Part shown: piece after piece, positions 26,014 to 34,785 of the stretch
How the letters are laid out: each line of letters starts with the position of its first letter
Numbering within the stretch: the first letter of the stretch is position 1
DNA from: Alphaproteobacteria bacterium
GTDB lineage: Bacteria; Pseudomonadota; Alphaproteobacteria; UBA8366; JADFVY01
Length of the DNA stretch: 64,000 nt
Assembly: GCA_041584475.1 (NCBI GenBank)
Contig: JBFHDX010000002.1
Span: 13,309 to 77,308 of the forward strand
Direction: 5' to 3'
Notes under the pieces: generated by a model
What the model was told of the DNA's origin: nothing
What the model saw: the letters and a program-made list of their open reading frames with translations, nothing else
The model's database searches: none
Position numbers and translations under genes: made by a program

Positions 26014-27203
26014 CCGGACCGCTCGATTCCCCCGCCTTGGGCGGGATTCTCCTGGCGGCGCTTCTGGTCTGCGGTGGCGTCGCCGGCGCGGCCGCGGCCG
26101 CGGACGTCGACGACCGGGCGCTCGAGCGTATCCACGCACCGCCGCTCGGGCTTCCGCCGGTGCCGATTCCCGAGGAGGGCCGGCCGACGGCCCGGCGCAT
26201 AGCGCTCGGCCGCAAGCTGTTCTTCGACCGCCGCCTGTCGCACAACAACACCATGTCCTGCGCCATGTGCCACGTGCCGGAGCAGGGCTTCACCAACAAC
26301 GAGCTTGCGCGACCGATCGGTGTCGCGGGTCGAAGCCTCAGGCGCAATGCCCCGACGGTGCTCAACGTCGCCTACGCCGAGACCCTGTTCCACGACGGTC
26401 GCGACACCTCGCTCGAGACGCAGGTCATCGGCCCGCTGGTGGCGCGGAACGAATTGGCGAACCCCTCGATCGGCTACGTCGTGGACAAGATCGCTGGCCT
26501 CCCGGACTATGCGGGGCTGTTCGAGGAGGCCTTTGGCGGGGTCGCCACGATCGGCCGCATCGGGGCGGCGATCGCGAGCTGGGAGCGCAGCCTGCTCGCG
26601 GGCGATTCGGCCTTCGACCGTTGGCGATACGGCGGCCAGCCCGACGCGCTCGACGAGACCGAACTCCGGGGATTCGAGCTCTTTGGCGGCAGGGCCGGCT
26701 GCATCTCCTGTCACCGCGTCGGCGAGCGGCACGCCCTGTTCACGGACCACGCGTTCCACAACACCGGCGTCGGCTACCGGGCGGCGGCGCTGCGGCGCGT
26801 CGGGACCGTCTCCGTCGAATTGGCCCCGGGCATCTTCTCGGCGCTCGACCGCAAGACGATCGACAGCGTCGCGGAGCCGCAGCAACCGGATCTCGGGCGT
26901 CACGAGGTGTCGCTGGAACCCGGGGACGTCTGGCGCTTCAGGACGCCAAGCCTGCGCAACGTGGCGCTTACCGCCCCGTACATGCATGACGGATCGATGC
27001 ACAGCCTGGAGGAGGTCGTCCGGTTCTACGATGCGGGCGGCCCGCCGCATGAGGGGCTCGACCCGCGCATGCGGCCGCTCGGGCTGTCGAACGACGACGT
27101 GTCGGCGCTGGTCGCCTTCCTCGAGGCGCTGACCGCGGGCAACATCGTCGAACTGATCGTCGATGCCCGCAGCGCGCCGGTCGGCAACTGGTCGGGCCGC
27201 TAG
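26010..27203 (+). CDS. mauG: MauG / di-heme cytochrome c peroxidase family protein
   Basis: LGRKLFFD.RLS, CAMCH, RNAPT, CISCH, FRTPSLRNVALTAPYMHDGS; GTGA overlap with the sco stop. Confidence 0.85.
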   Translation: MTGPLDSPALGGILLAALLVCGGVAGAAAAADVDDRALERIHAPPLGLPPVPIPEEGRPTARRIALGRKLFFDRRLSHNNTMSCAMCHVPEQGFTNNELARPIGVAGRSLRRNAPTVLNVAYAETLFHDGRDTSLETQVIGPLVARNELANPSIGYVVDKIAGLPDYAGLFEEAFGGVATIGRIGAAIASWERSLLAGDSAFDRWRYGGQPDALDETELRGFELFGGRAGCISCHRVGERHALFTDHAFHNTGVGYRAAALRRVGTVSVELAPGIFSALDRKTIDSVAEPQQPDLGRHEVSLEPGDVWRFRTPSLRNVALTAPYMHDGSMHSLEEVVRFYDAGGPPHEGLDPRMRPLGLSNDDVSALVAFLEALTAGNIVELIVDARSAPVGNWSGR

Positions 27204-27318
27204 CGGGCACGCCCGTTCGGCCGCGTCGCACGGCGGGCATTACCTCGCCGCACGGGACACGGTAGGCGCGGCAGGGAGTCGGCGGCCGGCCCGACGCCGA
27301 GCGTGTGCGGACGGGGCC

Positions 27319-27348
27319 TATATTACATAATATATAATGTAAAAATAT
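27319..27348. other. AT-rich imperfect palindrome (dif-like or operator)
   Basis: TATATTACATAATATATAATGTAAAAATAT with TTACAT-N8-ATGTAA, in otherwise very GC-rich DNA. Confidence 0.55.
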
Positions 27349-27410
27349 CCTGAGAGCACCGGTGCCGGGCGATCGGACGATGCGCATCCGGCACACGGGA
27401 TCGCGCCAAG

Positions 27411-27556
27411 ACCCGCGGTCTTACTGGCCTCGCCGGCGCCGCAACTGTTCAATGACGGCTCCGCTGACGGGGCGGGGAACCGGCCACGGACCGTCGGCTA
27501 AACCCGCGGTGCTCATGGCCTTACCGGCGCCGCAACTGTTCAATACTCGGGCTCCG
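27411..27556 (+). repeat. Two copies of a ~53-bp element, 91-bp period
   Basis: ACCCGCGGT-n5-TGGCCT-n2-CCGGCGCCGCAACTGTTCAAT-n3/5-GGCTCCG starting at 27411 and 27502. Confidence 0.85.
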
Positions 27557-27607
27557 GCAGGCCCCGGACTCGCGCCGCCCGGCGCGATCTGTCATGATTT
27601 ATGCGAG

Positions 27608-28333
27608 ATGTGCGGACGCTTCAGCCTGACCATGCCGGCCGACGCGATGGCGCGCCTGTTCGGCGTCGAGGACGTGCCCGACCTGGCGCCGCGGCACAAT
27701 ATCGCGCCCTCGCAGGCCGTCGCCGTTGTGCGCCGGGCCGATGACGGCGGTCGGCGGGAGATCGTGCACATGCGCTGGGGCTTCGTGCCCGCCTGGGCGC
27801 GCGATCCGGACTCGATGCACCGGCCGATCAACGCGCGGGCCGAGACGGTCGCCGGCAAGCCGATGTTCCGCGACGCCTTCCGCAACCGGCGCTGCCTGAT
27901 CCCGGCCGACGGTTTCTACGAATGGCGACCGGCGGCCGGCGGCAAACAGCCCTGGCGGATCGTCCGCGCCGACGGCGCCCCCTTCGCCTTCGCCGGCCTC
28001 TGGGACCGCTGGAAGGGGCGCGACGGCCAGGTGATCGAGAGCTGCGTGATCATCACGACGGATGCGAACGCGACGATCCGGCCGATCCACGAACGCATGC
28101 CGGTGATGCTCGATATCGGCCGTTTCGAGACCTGGCTGTCGGGCCCGGCGATCGCCGCGGCGGAACTGATGGAGCCCTATCGCGGCGCGCTCGCCGCCTT
28201 CCCGGTGAGCCGTCGGGTCAACGACCCGAGCAACGACGATCCCGAGCTGATCGAGCCGACCGGACCGGCGGCGGCGGCGCCGGAGGAGGCGGAGGAGCCG
28301 CCGAAGCCGGACCGCGAGCCGCGGCTGATCTGA
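27608..28333 (+). CDS. SOS response-associated peptidase (SRAP/YedK/HMCES), abasic-site crosslinking protein
   Basis: N-terminal MCGRF, NIAPSQ, RWG, INARAET, RCLIPADGFYEW, IHERMPV. Confidence 0.95.
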   Translation: MCGRFSLTMPADAMARLFGVEDVPDLAPRHNIAPSQAVAVVRRADDGGRREIVHMRWGFVPAWARDPDSMHRPINARAETVAGKPMFRDAFRNRRCLIPADGFYEWRPAAGGKQPWRIVRADGAPFAFAGLWDRWKGRDGQVIESCVIITTDANATIRPIHERMPVMLDIGRFETWLSGPAIAAAELMEPYRGALAAFPVSRRVNDPSNDDPELIEPTGPAAAAPEEAEEPPKPDREPRLI

Positions 28334-28369
28334 GCCAGGACCCGGACAGGCCGGGTTCCTGCCGCCGTA

Positions 28370-29377
28370 TCATTTGAGGCCGGCCGCCCGATACCACCGC
28401 TCGGCGCCCGGATGAAGCGGCACCGCGACCCTCGCCAGCGCATCCTCGCGCCGCACCCGCGCTCCGAAGGCGTGGCCCTCGCGCAGGAGCCGCATCGTGT
28501 TGTCGTGCCACAGCGCCCGGGTCAGGTCGGCGACCAGGTCGGCATCGGCGGCGGCCGTGATCACCCATTGCACGCCGACGCCGACCGTCGGCGTGGCCGC
28601 AACGCCCTCATACGCGCCGGCCGCGATCTCGACCTTGGAGAAGAAGGGATAGAAGCTGGTCAGCTCCTCGCCCGGCGTGCCGTCGATCGGCAGCAGCCGG
28701 ATCGGCACGTTGCGGGCGAGGCTGACGAGCGCGGGAACCGGGTCGGCGCCGACCTCGAAGATGGCGTCGATGTCGCCGGCCGCCAGCGCGTCGGCCGCGG
28801 CGCCCGGACTCAGGAACCGCGCCTCTATATCGTCTTCCGAGAGGCCGTAGGCGGCGAGGACCGTGCGCGCATTGACGCGCGAACCCGATCCCTCGGGCCC
28901 GAGCGAGACGCGCCTGCCGGCAAGGTCGGCGATGCCGGCGATCGGTGCATCGGCGCGCACGACGATGTGCAGCGACAGCTGGATCAGGCTGGCGACGACG
29001 CGGAGATCCTGCCACGGGCCGGCGTCGGCGTAGTGGCCGGTTCCGTGGTACGCCCAGTAGACGAGATCCGCCTGCGCGAACGCGGAATCGAGGCGGCCCT
29101 GCTTCAGCAGCTCGAGGTTCTCGACGCCGCCGCGCGTCGACTGCGCGACGGCGATCAGGCCCGGCACACCACAGCTCCCGCCGACGTCGCAGGCACGGCT
29201 GCCGGGCGGGTTGCTGATGCCAGCGGCGATGGCGGCGCCCAACGCGAACAGCGACGTCGACGTCGCATCGGTGCCGATCCGGAAGAAACGCATATCCTGG
29301 GCGGCCGCGGATGCGGTGACGACGAGCAGGATCAGGCAGGCCAGTCCGGTCGTCGGGGCGTTCGGTCTGCGAAGCAC
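28370..29377 (-). CDS. TAXI-family TRAP transporter solute-binding protein (orphan)
   Basis: Signal peptide, FFRIGT, STRGGVEN, AQAD, GPEGSG, VPLHPGA..WY; GTG start with GGAGG SD. Confidence 0.88.
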   Translation of the reverse strand: MLRRPNAPTTGLACLILLVVTASAAAQDMRFFRIGTDATSTSLFALGAAIAAGISNPPGSRACDVGGSCGVPGLIAVAQSTRGGVENLELLKQGRLDSAFAQADLVYWAYHGTGHYADAGPWQDLRVVASLIQLSLHIVVRADAPIAGIADLAGRRVSLGPEGSGSRVNARTVLAAYGLSEDDIEARFLSPGAAADALAAGDIDAIFEVGADPVPALVSLARNVPIRLLPIDGTPGEELTSFYPFFSKVEIAAGAYEGVAATPTVGVGVQWVITAAADADLVADLTRALWHDNTMRLLREGHAFGARVRREDALARVAVPLHPGAERWYRAAGLK

Positions 29378-29538
29378 GGCTCGGGCCTCCAACGGGCCTG
29401 CCCGGACGGCGCAGCGCCACCTGGGCAGGCACGCACAGCGGTTACGCGATGCCACGCGCGTGTCCGGAATGCCGGCGGCGCGCCGCGTGACCAATCCTTC
29501 CGCTGCCGACCGGCCTACCCCCCGACGGGCCCGTCTCC

Positions 29539-30306
29539 TCAGTGCAGGATCTGGCTGAGAAACAGCTTGGTCCTGTCTGATTTCGGGTGGTGGAAGAACT
29601 CTTCCGGCTCGTTCTCCTCGATGATCTCGCCCTCGTCCATGAAGATCACGCGGTTGGCTACCGTGCGTGCGAAGCCCATCTCGTGCGTGACGCAGATCAT
29701 GGTCATGCCCGTCTTAGCAAGATCGACCATGACGTCGAGCACCTCCTTGATCATCTCGGGGTCGAGGGCCGAGGTCGGCTCGTCGAACAGCATGATCTTC
29801 GGGTTCATGCACAGCGACCGCGCGATCGCCACGCGTTGCTGCTGGCCGCCGGAGAGCTGCCCCGGGTACTTGCTCGCCTGCTCGGGGATCTTGACGCGCT
29901 CGAGATACTTCATGGCGGCCTCGTCGGCGTCCTTCTTCGGCATCTTGCGCACCCAGATCGGCGCCAGCGTCAGGTTCTCGAGCACCGTGAGGTGCGGGAA
30001 CAGGTTGAAATGCTGGAATACCATGCCGACCTCGCGGCGCACCTGGTCGATGTGCTTGAGGTCCGACGTGAGCTCGATGCCGTCGACGATGATGGTGCCG
30101 CGCTGGTGCTCTTCAAGTCGGTTGATGCAGCGAATCATGGTCGACTTGCCCGAGCCCGACGGCCCGCAGACGACGATGCGCTCGCCCTTCATCACGGTCA
30201 GGTTGATATCCTTGAGCACGTGGAAGTCGCCGTACCATTTGTGCATGCCGTTGATCTCGATCATCGGCTCGTTGGTGACCTTCATCCGTGCGGGTTGCAC
30301 TGCCAT
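29539..30306 (-). CDS. aapP: General L-amino acid ABC transporter ATPase (AapP/BztD)
   Basis: [34 protein letters not shown]. Confidence 0.93.
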   Translation of the reverse strand: MAVQPARMKVTNEPMIEINGMHKWYGDFHVLKDINLTVMKGERIVVCGPSGSGKSTMIRCINRLEEHQRGTIIVDGIELTSDLKHIDQVRREVGMVFQHFNLFPHLTVLENLTLAPIWVRKMPKKDADEAAMKYLERVKIPEQASKYPGQLSGGQQQRVAIARSLCMNPKIMLFDEPTSALDPEMIKEVLDVMVDLAKTGMTMICVTHEMGFARTVANRVIFMDEGEIIEENEPEEFFHHPKSDRTKLFLSQILH

Positions 30307-30339
30307 TTCCGCGAAGCTCCTTGCTTTCCTCGTCCAGAT

Positions 30340-31782
30340 TTACCGGTGGTGACCGGTGTGCAGTTTTCTCTCGATATACATGCTGTAGCGCGACATGCCG
30401 AAGCAGAAGATCCAGAACACGAAGGCTGTAAACACATAGCCCTCCACCGCCATGCCCAGCCATTTCGGATCGGTCGCCGCGGCCTGCACGATGCCGAGCA
30501 GGTCGAAAAGCCCGATGATCAGAACCAGGGTGGTATCCTTGAACAGGCCGATGAACGTGTTCACGATACCCGGGATCACCAGTTTCAGCGCCTGCGGCAG
30601 AATGATGAGTCGCATCATCTGCCAGTAGCCGAGTCCCATCGCGCCCGCGGCCTCGTACTGCCCCTTGGGGATCGCCTGCAGGCCGCCACGGACGACTTCG
30701 GCCATGTAGGCGGCCGAGAACAGGGCGACGCCGATCAGCGCCCGCAGCAGCTTGTCGAAATTGACGCCTTCCGGCAGGAACAGCGGCAGCATCACCGATG
30801 ACATGAACAGCACGGTGATCAGCGGCACGCCGCGCCAGAACTCGATGAAGGCGACGGAAACCGTCCGCACGGCGGGCATGTGCGAGCGCCGCCCGAGCGC
30901 GAACACGATGCCGATCGGCAGCGACACCGCGATGCCGGTACCGGCGACGACCAGCGTCAGGAACAGGCCGCCCCACAGGCTGGTCTCGACGTATTCCAGG
31001 CCGAAGGCGGTGCCGACCCACAGGTAGAAGGCGGCGAATGGGTAAATGAAGATCAGCAGGAATACGATCCACGCCTTGACGCCGGCGCGGTTCAGCGTGA
31101 CCAGGCCGAACGTCATGAAGGCGGCCATCCAGCCGATCGGTGTGGCCTCGGCGTCGCCGACGATTGCCCCGGCGAGGACATATCCGACGGCGCCCGCGCC
31201 GACGATCACCGCCAGCCGCACCGCGAAGCCGATCAGCGCGTTGTCGTCGCTGCGCGGCAGGATCGTGCCGAGGCGGTTGTAGACGAGGCCGTAAGGGGCA
31301 AACATCATGAACGCGGTGAGCGCGGCCGGACCGACGCCGTAGGCGAGGGTCAGCAGCGTTGCCACGACCGCCACCGCAAGGCCGATCTTTTTCCGGATCC
31401 ACTCGTCGCGCAGGAATACCGGCGCTACCGCGAGGGCCAGAAGGAGGAACGAGAAATCGACTCGCCAGCGTTCCGCAAGCGGGTAGAACCCGTACATGAA
31501 CTGCCCGAAACGGGCGCCGATGAAGATCCAGCAGGCGTGGATGAGGGCGCCGCTCTCGGTCTGGCAGGCCTCGCGGCCCTCGCCGGTCCACACCGCGCCG
31601 AACACCGCGAAATCGAGAATCGTCCAGATCGCCCAGCCGCTGATCGTAAGCCCGATCACGGTCAGGATGACATTCAACCACGTCGAGAACAGATTGTGAT
31701 ACAGCCAGCCATAGATCCCGACCTCGCTCTTCGGTGGCGGCAGGTCGACGTGGCGCTCGTGTTTGACGATGGCTTCGGCCAT
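30340..31782 (-). CDS. aapM: Amino acid ABC transporter permease (AapM/BztC)
   Basis: NLFSTW, WGGLFLTL, RGVPLITVLFM, GQYEAA, FKDTTLV. Confidence 0.9.
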   Translation of the reverse strand: MAEAIVKHERHVDLPPPKSEVGIYGWLYHNLFSTWLNVILTVIGLTISGWAIWTILDFAVFGAVWTGEGREACQTESGALIHACWIFIGARFGQFMYGFYPLAERWRVDFSFLLLALAVAPVFLRDEWIRKKIGLAVAVVATLLTLAYGVGPAALTAFMMFAPYGLVYNRLGTILPRSDDNALIGFAVRLAVIVGAGAVGYVLAGAIVGDAEATPIGWMAAFMTFGLVTLNRAGVKAWIVFLLIFIYPFAAFYLWVGTAFGLEYVETSLWGGLFLTLVVAGTGIAVSLPIGIVFALGRRSHMPAVRTVSVAFIEFWRGVPLITVLFMSSVMLPLFLPEGVNFDKLLRALIGVALFSAAYMAEVVRGGLQAIPKGQYEAAGAMGLGYWQMMRLIILPQALKLVIPGIVNTFIGLFKDTTLVLIIGLFDLLGIVQAAATDPKWLGMAVEGYVFTAFVFWIFCFGMSRYSMYIERKLHTGHHR

Positions 31783-31786
31783 GGTA

Positions 31787-32989
31787 TCAGCGCTCCACCA
31801 ACGCCATCTTGCGGTTGTACCAGTTCATGAACATCGAGATCAGCAGGCTGATCGTCAGGTAGACCGCCATGGTGATGCCGATCACCTCGACCGCCTGGCC
31901 GGTCTGGTTCAGGACCGTCCCGGCGAACACCGAGACGAGCTCCGGATAGGCGATCGCGGCCGCCAGCGAGGAGTTTTTGGTGAGATTCAGATACTGGCTG
32001 GTAAGCGGCGGAATGATCACCCGCAGCGCCTGGGGAATGACGACGAGGCGCAGCGTCGGGCCGTTGCGCAGGCCCAGCGAACGCGCCGCCTCGGTCTGAC
32101 CGTGGCTCACCGCCATGATGCCGGCACGCACGATCTCGGCGATGAATGCCGCGGTGTAGGTCGACAGCGCCAGCAGCAGCGAGATGAATTCCGGGATCAG
32201 CACCAGACCGCCGCGGAAATTGAAGCCCTGTAGCACCGGGTACTCCCACTGCAGGGGCGTACCGCCGTAGATCAGCATGACAAGGATGAGCCCGACGAGC
32301 GGCAGGCCGACGATCAGTCCCAGCGATGTCAGGAAGATCGGGAACTGCTTGCCGGTCGCCTCCTGCCGGCGGTGCGCCCAGCGCACGACGAACACGATGC
32401 CGGCGATCGCCAGGAGGAAGCCATAGACGATCAGCTCGAAACCGTCGCCCAACAGCGGCTTCGGGCTGTAGATGCCGCGGATGTTGATGAAGATCGAATC
32501 GCCGACCTGGATGCTGTTGCGCGGACTCGGGGCGAGCCGCAATACGGCGAAGTACCAGAAGAAGATCTGCAGGAGCAGCGGAACGTTGCGCAGTGTCTCG
32601 ACATAGACGGTGGCCATGCGGCTGATCAGCCAGTTCGACGACAGCCGCGCGATGCCGACGACGAACCCGAGGATCGTCGCCAGCACGATGCCGATCATGG
32701 ACATGACGATCGTGTTGATCAGGCCGACGAGGAACGCCCTGCCGTAGGTCGATTCCTCGCTGTACTCGATCAGCGTCATGATGATGCCGAAACCCGCGGT
32801 CGAGTTGAGAAACTCGAGCCCCGACGCGATGCCCTGGCGTTCCAGGTTGGCGGTCGTATTGCGGAACAGGTACCAGGCGAAGCCGACGACGGCTGTGATG
32901 ACGACGATCTGGAAGAAGATGCTCCGGAACCGCGGATCGTTCCAGAAAGCCGTGCCGCCGCGCGAGGGAGTGTCCCCCTGAACCGCCAT
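31787..32989 (-). CDS. aapQ: Amino acid ABC transporter permease (AapQ/BztB)
   Basis: RLSSNWL, RNVPLLLQ, GFNFRGG, GQTEAA, LTKNSSLA. Confidence 0.92.
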   Translation of the reverse strand: MAVQGDTPSRGGTAFWNDPRFRSIFFQIVVITAVVGFAWYLFRNTTANLERQGIASGLEFLNSTAGFGIIMTLIEYSEESTYGRAFLVGLINTIVMSMIGIVLATILGFVVGIARLSSNWLISRMATVYVETLRNVPLLLQIFFWYFAVLRLAPSPRNSIQVGDSIFINIRGIYSPKPLLGDGFELIVYGFLLAIAGIVFVVRWAHRRQEATGKQFPIFLTSLGLIVGLPLVGLILVMLIYGGTPLQWEYPVLQGFNFRGGLVLIPEFISLLLALSTYTAAFIAEIVRAGIMAVSHGQTEAARSLGLRNGPTLRLVVIPQALRVIIPPLTSQYLNLTKNSSLAAAIAYPELVSVFAGTVLNQTGQAVEVIGITMAVYLTISLLISMFMNWYNRKMALVER

Positions 32990-33079
32990 TCTTGTTCCCC
33001 TGTTCAGTATTGTCGTTTTGACTAACCGAATACGAAAGGCATTCCGCTGTCAAATATTTCCGTGCCGTAGTTGTCGTCT

Positions 33080-33113
33080 AAACACAAACGCCCCCGGCCA
33101 GGGGCCGGGGGCG
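33080..33113 (-). terminator. Hairpin after aapJ (terminator or mRNA stabiliser)
   Basis: 11-bp stem CGCCCCCGGCC/GGCCGGGGGCG followed on the minus strand by TTTGTGTTT. Confidence 0.7.
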
Positions 33114-33132
33114 CCTGCTGTCGTTAAGCGGC

Positions 33133-34146
33133 TCAGCGGAACGGCGGGGCGTAGAGGATGCCGCCGTCCTTCCACAGCGCGTTCAGCCCGCGGTCGAGCT
33201 TGAGCGGCGTGTCCGGGCCGACATTCCGGTTGTAGCTCTCGGCGTAGTTGCCGACGGTCTTCAGGATGTTGTACGCGAAATCCTGCGAGAGGCCGAGCTG
33301 CTCGCCGAAATTGGCCTCCTGGCCGAGCATGCGCTTGACCTCGGGATTGTCGGAGGTCTTCATCTTGTCGACGTTGCTCGACGTGATGCCCAACTCTTCG
33401 CCGATGATTATGGTGTTGAGCGACCAGCGAACGATGTCGGCCCACTGGCTGTCACCGTGACGCACGGCCGGCCCGAGCGGCTCCTTGGAGATGATCTCCG
33501 GCAGCACGACGTGCGCGTCCGGCTCTTTCAGCTTGGTGCGCTGGGCGGCAAGGCCCGAACGGTCGGTCGTGTAGACGTCGCAGCGGCCGGCGTCATAGGC
33601 GGCGACAACCTCGTCCGCCTTCTCGAAGGCCACGACCTTGTATTCAAGCTTGTTGGCGCGGAAATAGTCCGCGACGTTCAGCTCGGTGGTCGTGCCGGTG
33701 TTCGTGCATACGGCGGCACCCGAGAGTTCCTTGGCGCTCTTCACGCCGAGGTCCTTGCGGACCATGAAGCCCTGGCCGTCGTAATAGTTGACGCCGACGA
33801 ACTCGAGACCCAGTGAGTTGTCGCGGCTGAAGGTCCAGGTGGTGTTGCGCGACAGGAGGTCGACCTCGCCCGACTGCAGCGCGGTAAAGCGCTCCTTCGC
33901 CGAGAGCGGCACGTACTTGACCTTCTTGTCGTCCCCGAAGACGGCCGCGCCGACGGCGCGGCAGACATCGACGTCGATGCCGGTCCAGTTGCCCTTGTCG
34001 TCCGGGTTGGAGAAGCCGGGGAGACCCTGGCTCACACCACACAGGACATGCCCCCTGGACTTTACCGCATCAAGCGTCTGCGCCTGGGCAGCGAAGCCGA
34101 CAAATGTCAGCGCCGCGGCTGCGGCGATTGCTTTGCGAAATGTCAT
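33133..34146 (-). CDS. aapJ: Amino acid ABC transporter substrate-binding protein (AapJ/BztA)
   Basis: Signal peptide, CGVSQGLPGFS, RFTALQSGEVD.LSRNTTWT, ISKEPLGP, GNYAE, YAPPFR. Confidence 0.95.
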   Translation of the reverse strand: MTFRKAIAAAAALTFVGFAAQAQTLDAVKSRGHVLCGVSQGLPGFSNPDDKGNWTGIDVDVCRAVGAAVFGDDKKVKYVPLSAKERFTALQSGEVDLLSRNTTWTFSRDNSLGLEFVGVNYYDGQGFMVRKDLGVKSAKELSGAAVCTNTGTTTELNVADYFRANKLEYKVVAFEKADEVVAAYDAGRCDVYTTDRSGLAAQRTKLKEPDAHVVLPEIISKEPLGPAVRHGDSQWADIVRWSLNTIIIGEELGITSSNVDKMKTSDNPEVKRMLGQEANFGEQLGLSQDFAYNILKTVGNYAESYNRNVGPDTPLKLDRGLNALWKDGGILYAPPFR

Positions 34147-34503
34147 TGCTGTTCGTTCCCTGCAAGTTCTCGTTTCATTGCTTGACCCGGACGATGCCGG
34201 GCAAGGACACACAGGCGGCAGCACCGCCAGTCCTGAGCGACGATAATAGCGACGTTCTCGAAGAATAAAACCCGTTGTTTTTTTTTGGATTTGCACCAGC
34301 CCTGTAGAAACCGCCTCATTTGCCGCCACAGCGGCCGCACGCGGACGACGCCCCGGCGCGGCGTAGGGCAGTCGGGCATGTTCGGTCACCGCACCGGCCA
34401 CACGCCGACCGTCGACCGGCAACGACATGGCTTCGAGAGGTAATCGCCGTTCGGGCAGGTTCGAAAAAAGGACAAGGCGCCGCGCCATGGCCCGGCGCCT
34501 CGA

Positions 34504-34578
34504 TGGTGGGCGCGGCTGGGATTGAACCAGCGACCCCTGCCGTGTGAAGACAGTGCTCTCCCGCTGAGCTACGCGCCC
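34504..34578 (-). tRNA. tRNA-Val (anticodon CAC)
   Basis: GGGCGCGTAGCTCAGCGGGAGAGCACTGTCTTCACACGGCAGGGGTCGCTGGTTCAATCCCAGCCGCGCCCACCA: cloverleaf with encoded CCA. Confidence 0.97.
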
Positions 34579-34599
34579 GCTCAGTCGCGTTCGTGGCCA

Positions 34600-34628
34600 G
34601 ATGTACGATCGGCCCCGAAGCCTGTCAA
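34600..34628 (-). promoter_or_regulatory. Sigma70 promoter of tRNA-Val
   Basis: TTGACA-N17-TACATC on the minus strand, just upstream of the tRNA. Confidence 0.7.
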
Positions 34629-34785
34629 GCGCGGCGCCGGTCATGGTTCCGCAAGCCGCCCTGGACCGTCGCCCCGACGAATTTCGTAATGCTTTGAAAC
34701 ATTAAGTTACTGGTCACCTGCAACCGCTACTCTTATCTCTGACCGGGGGTGGACGAACGGGTCCGCGCAGTGAGGGGATTCTATC

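Noticed and set aside
27411-27556. Possible mini-CRISPR (contains GTTCAAT/ATTGAAC)
   Set aside because: Only two imperfect copies, the motif is at the wrong end of the conserved block, and there are no cas genes. Kept as an unexplained repeat.
34278-34286. T9 homopolymer upstream of aapJ as a phase-variation tract
   Set aside because: Non-coding and short; more simply an A-tract/UP element of the aapJ promoter.
34440-34578. tRNA-Val as an integration site for an island
   Set aside because: No integrase nearby and no duplicate of the tRNA 3' end noticed in the window.
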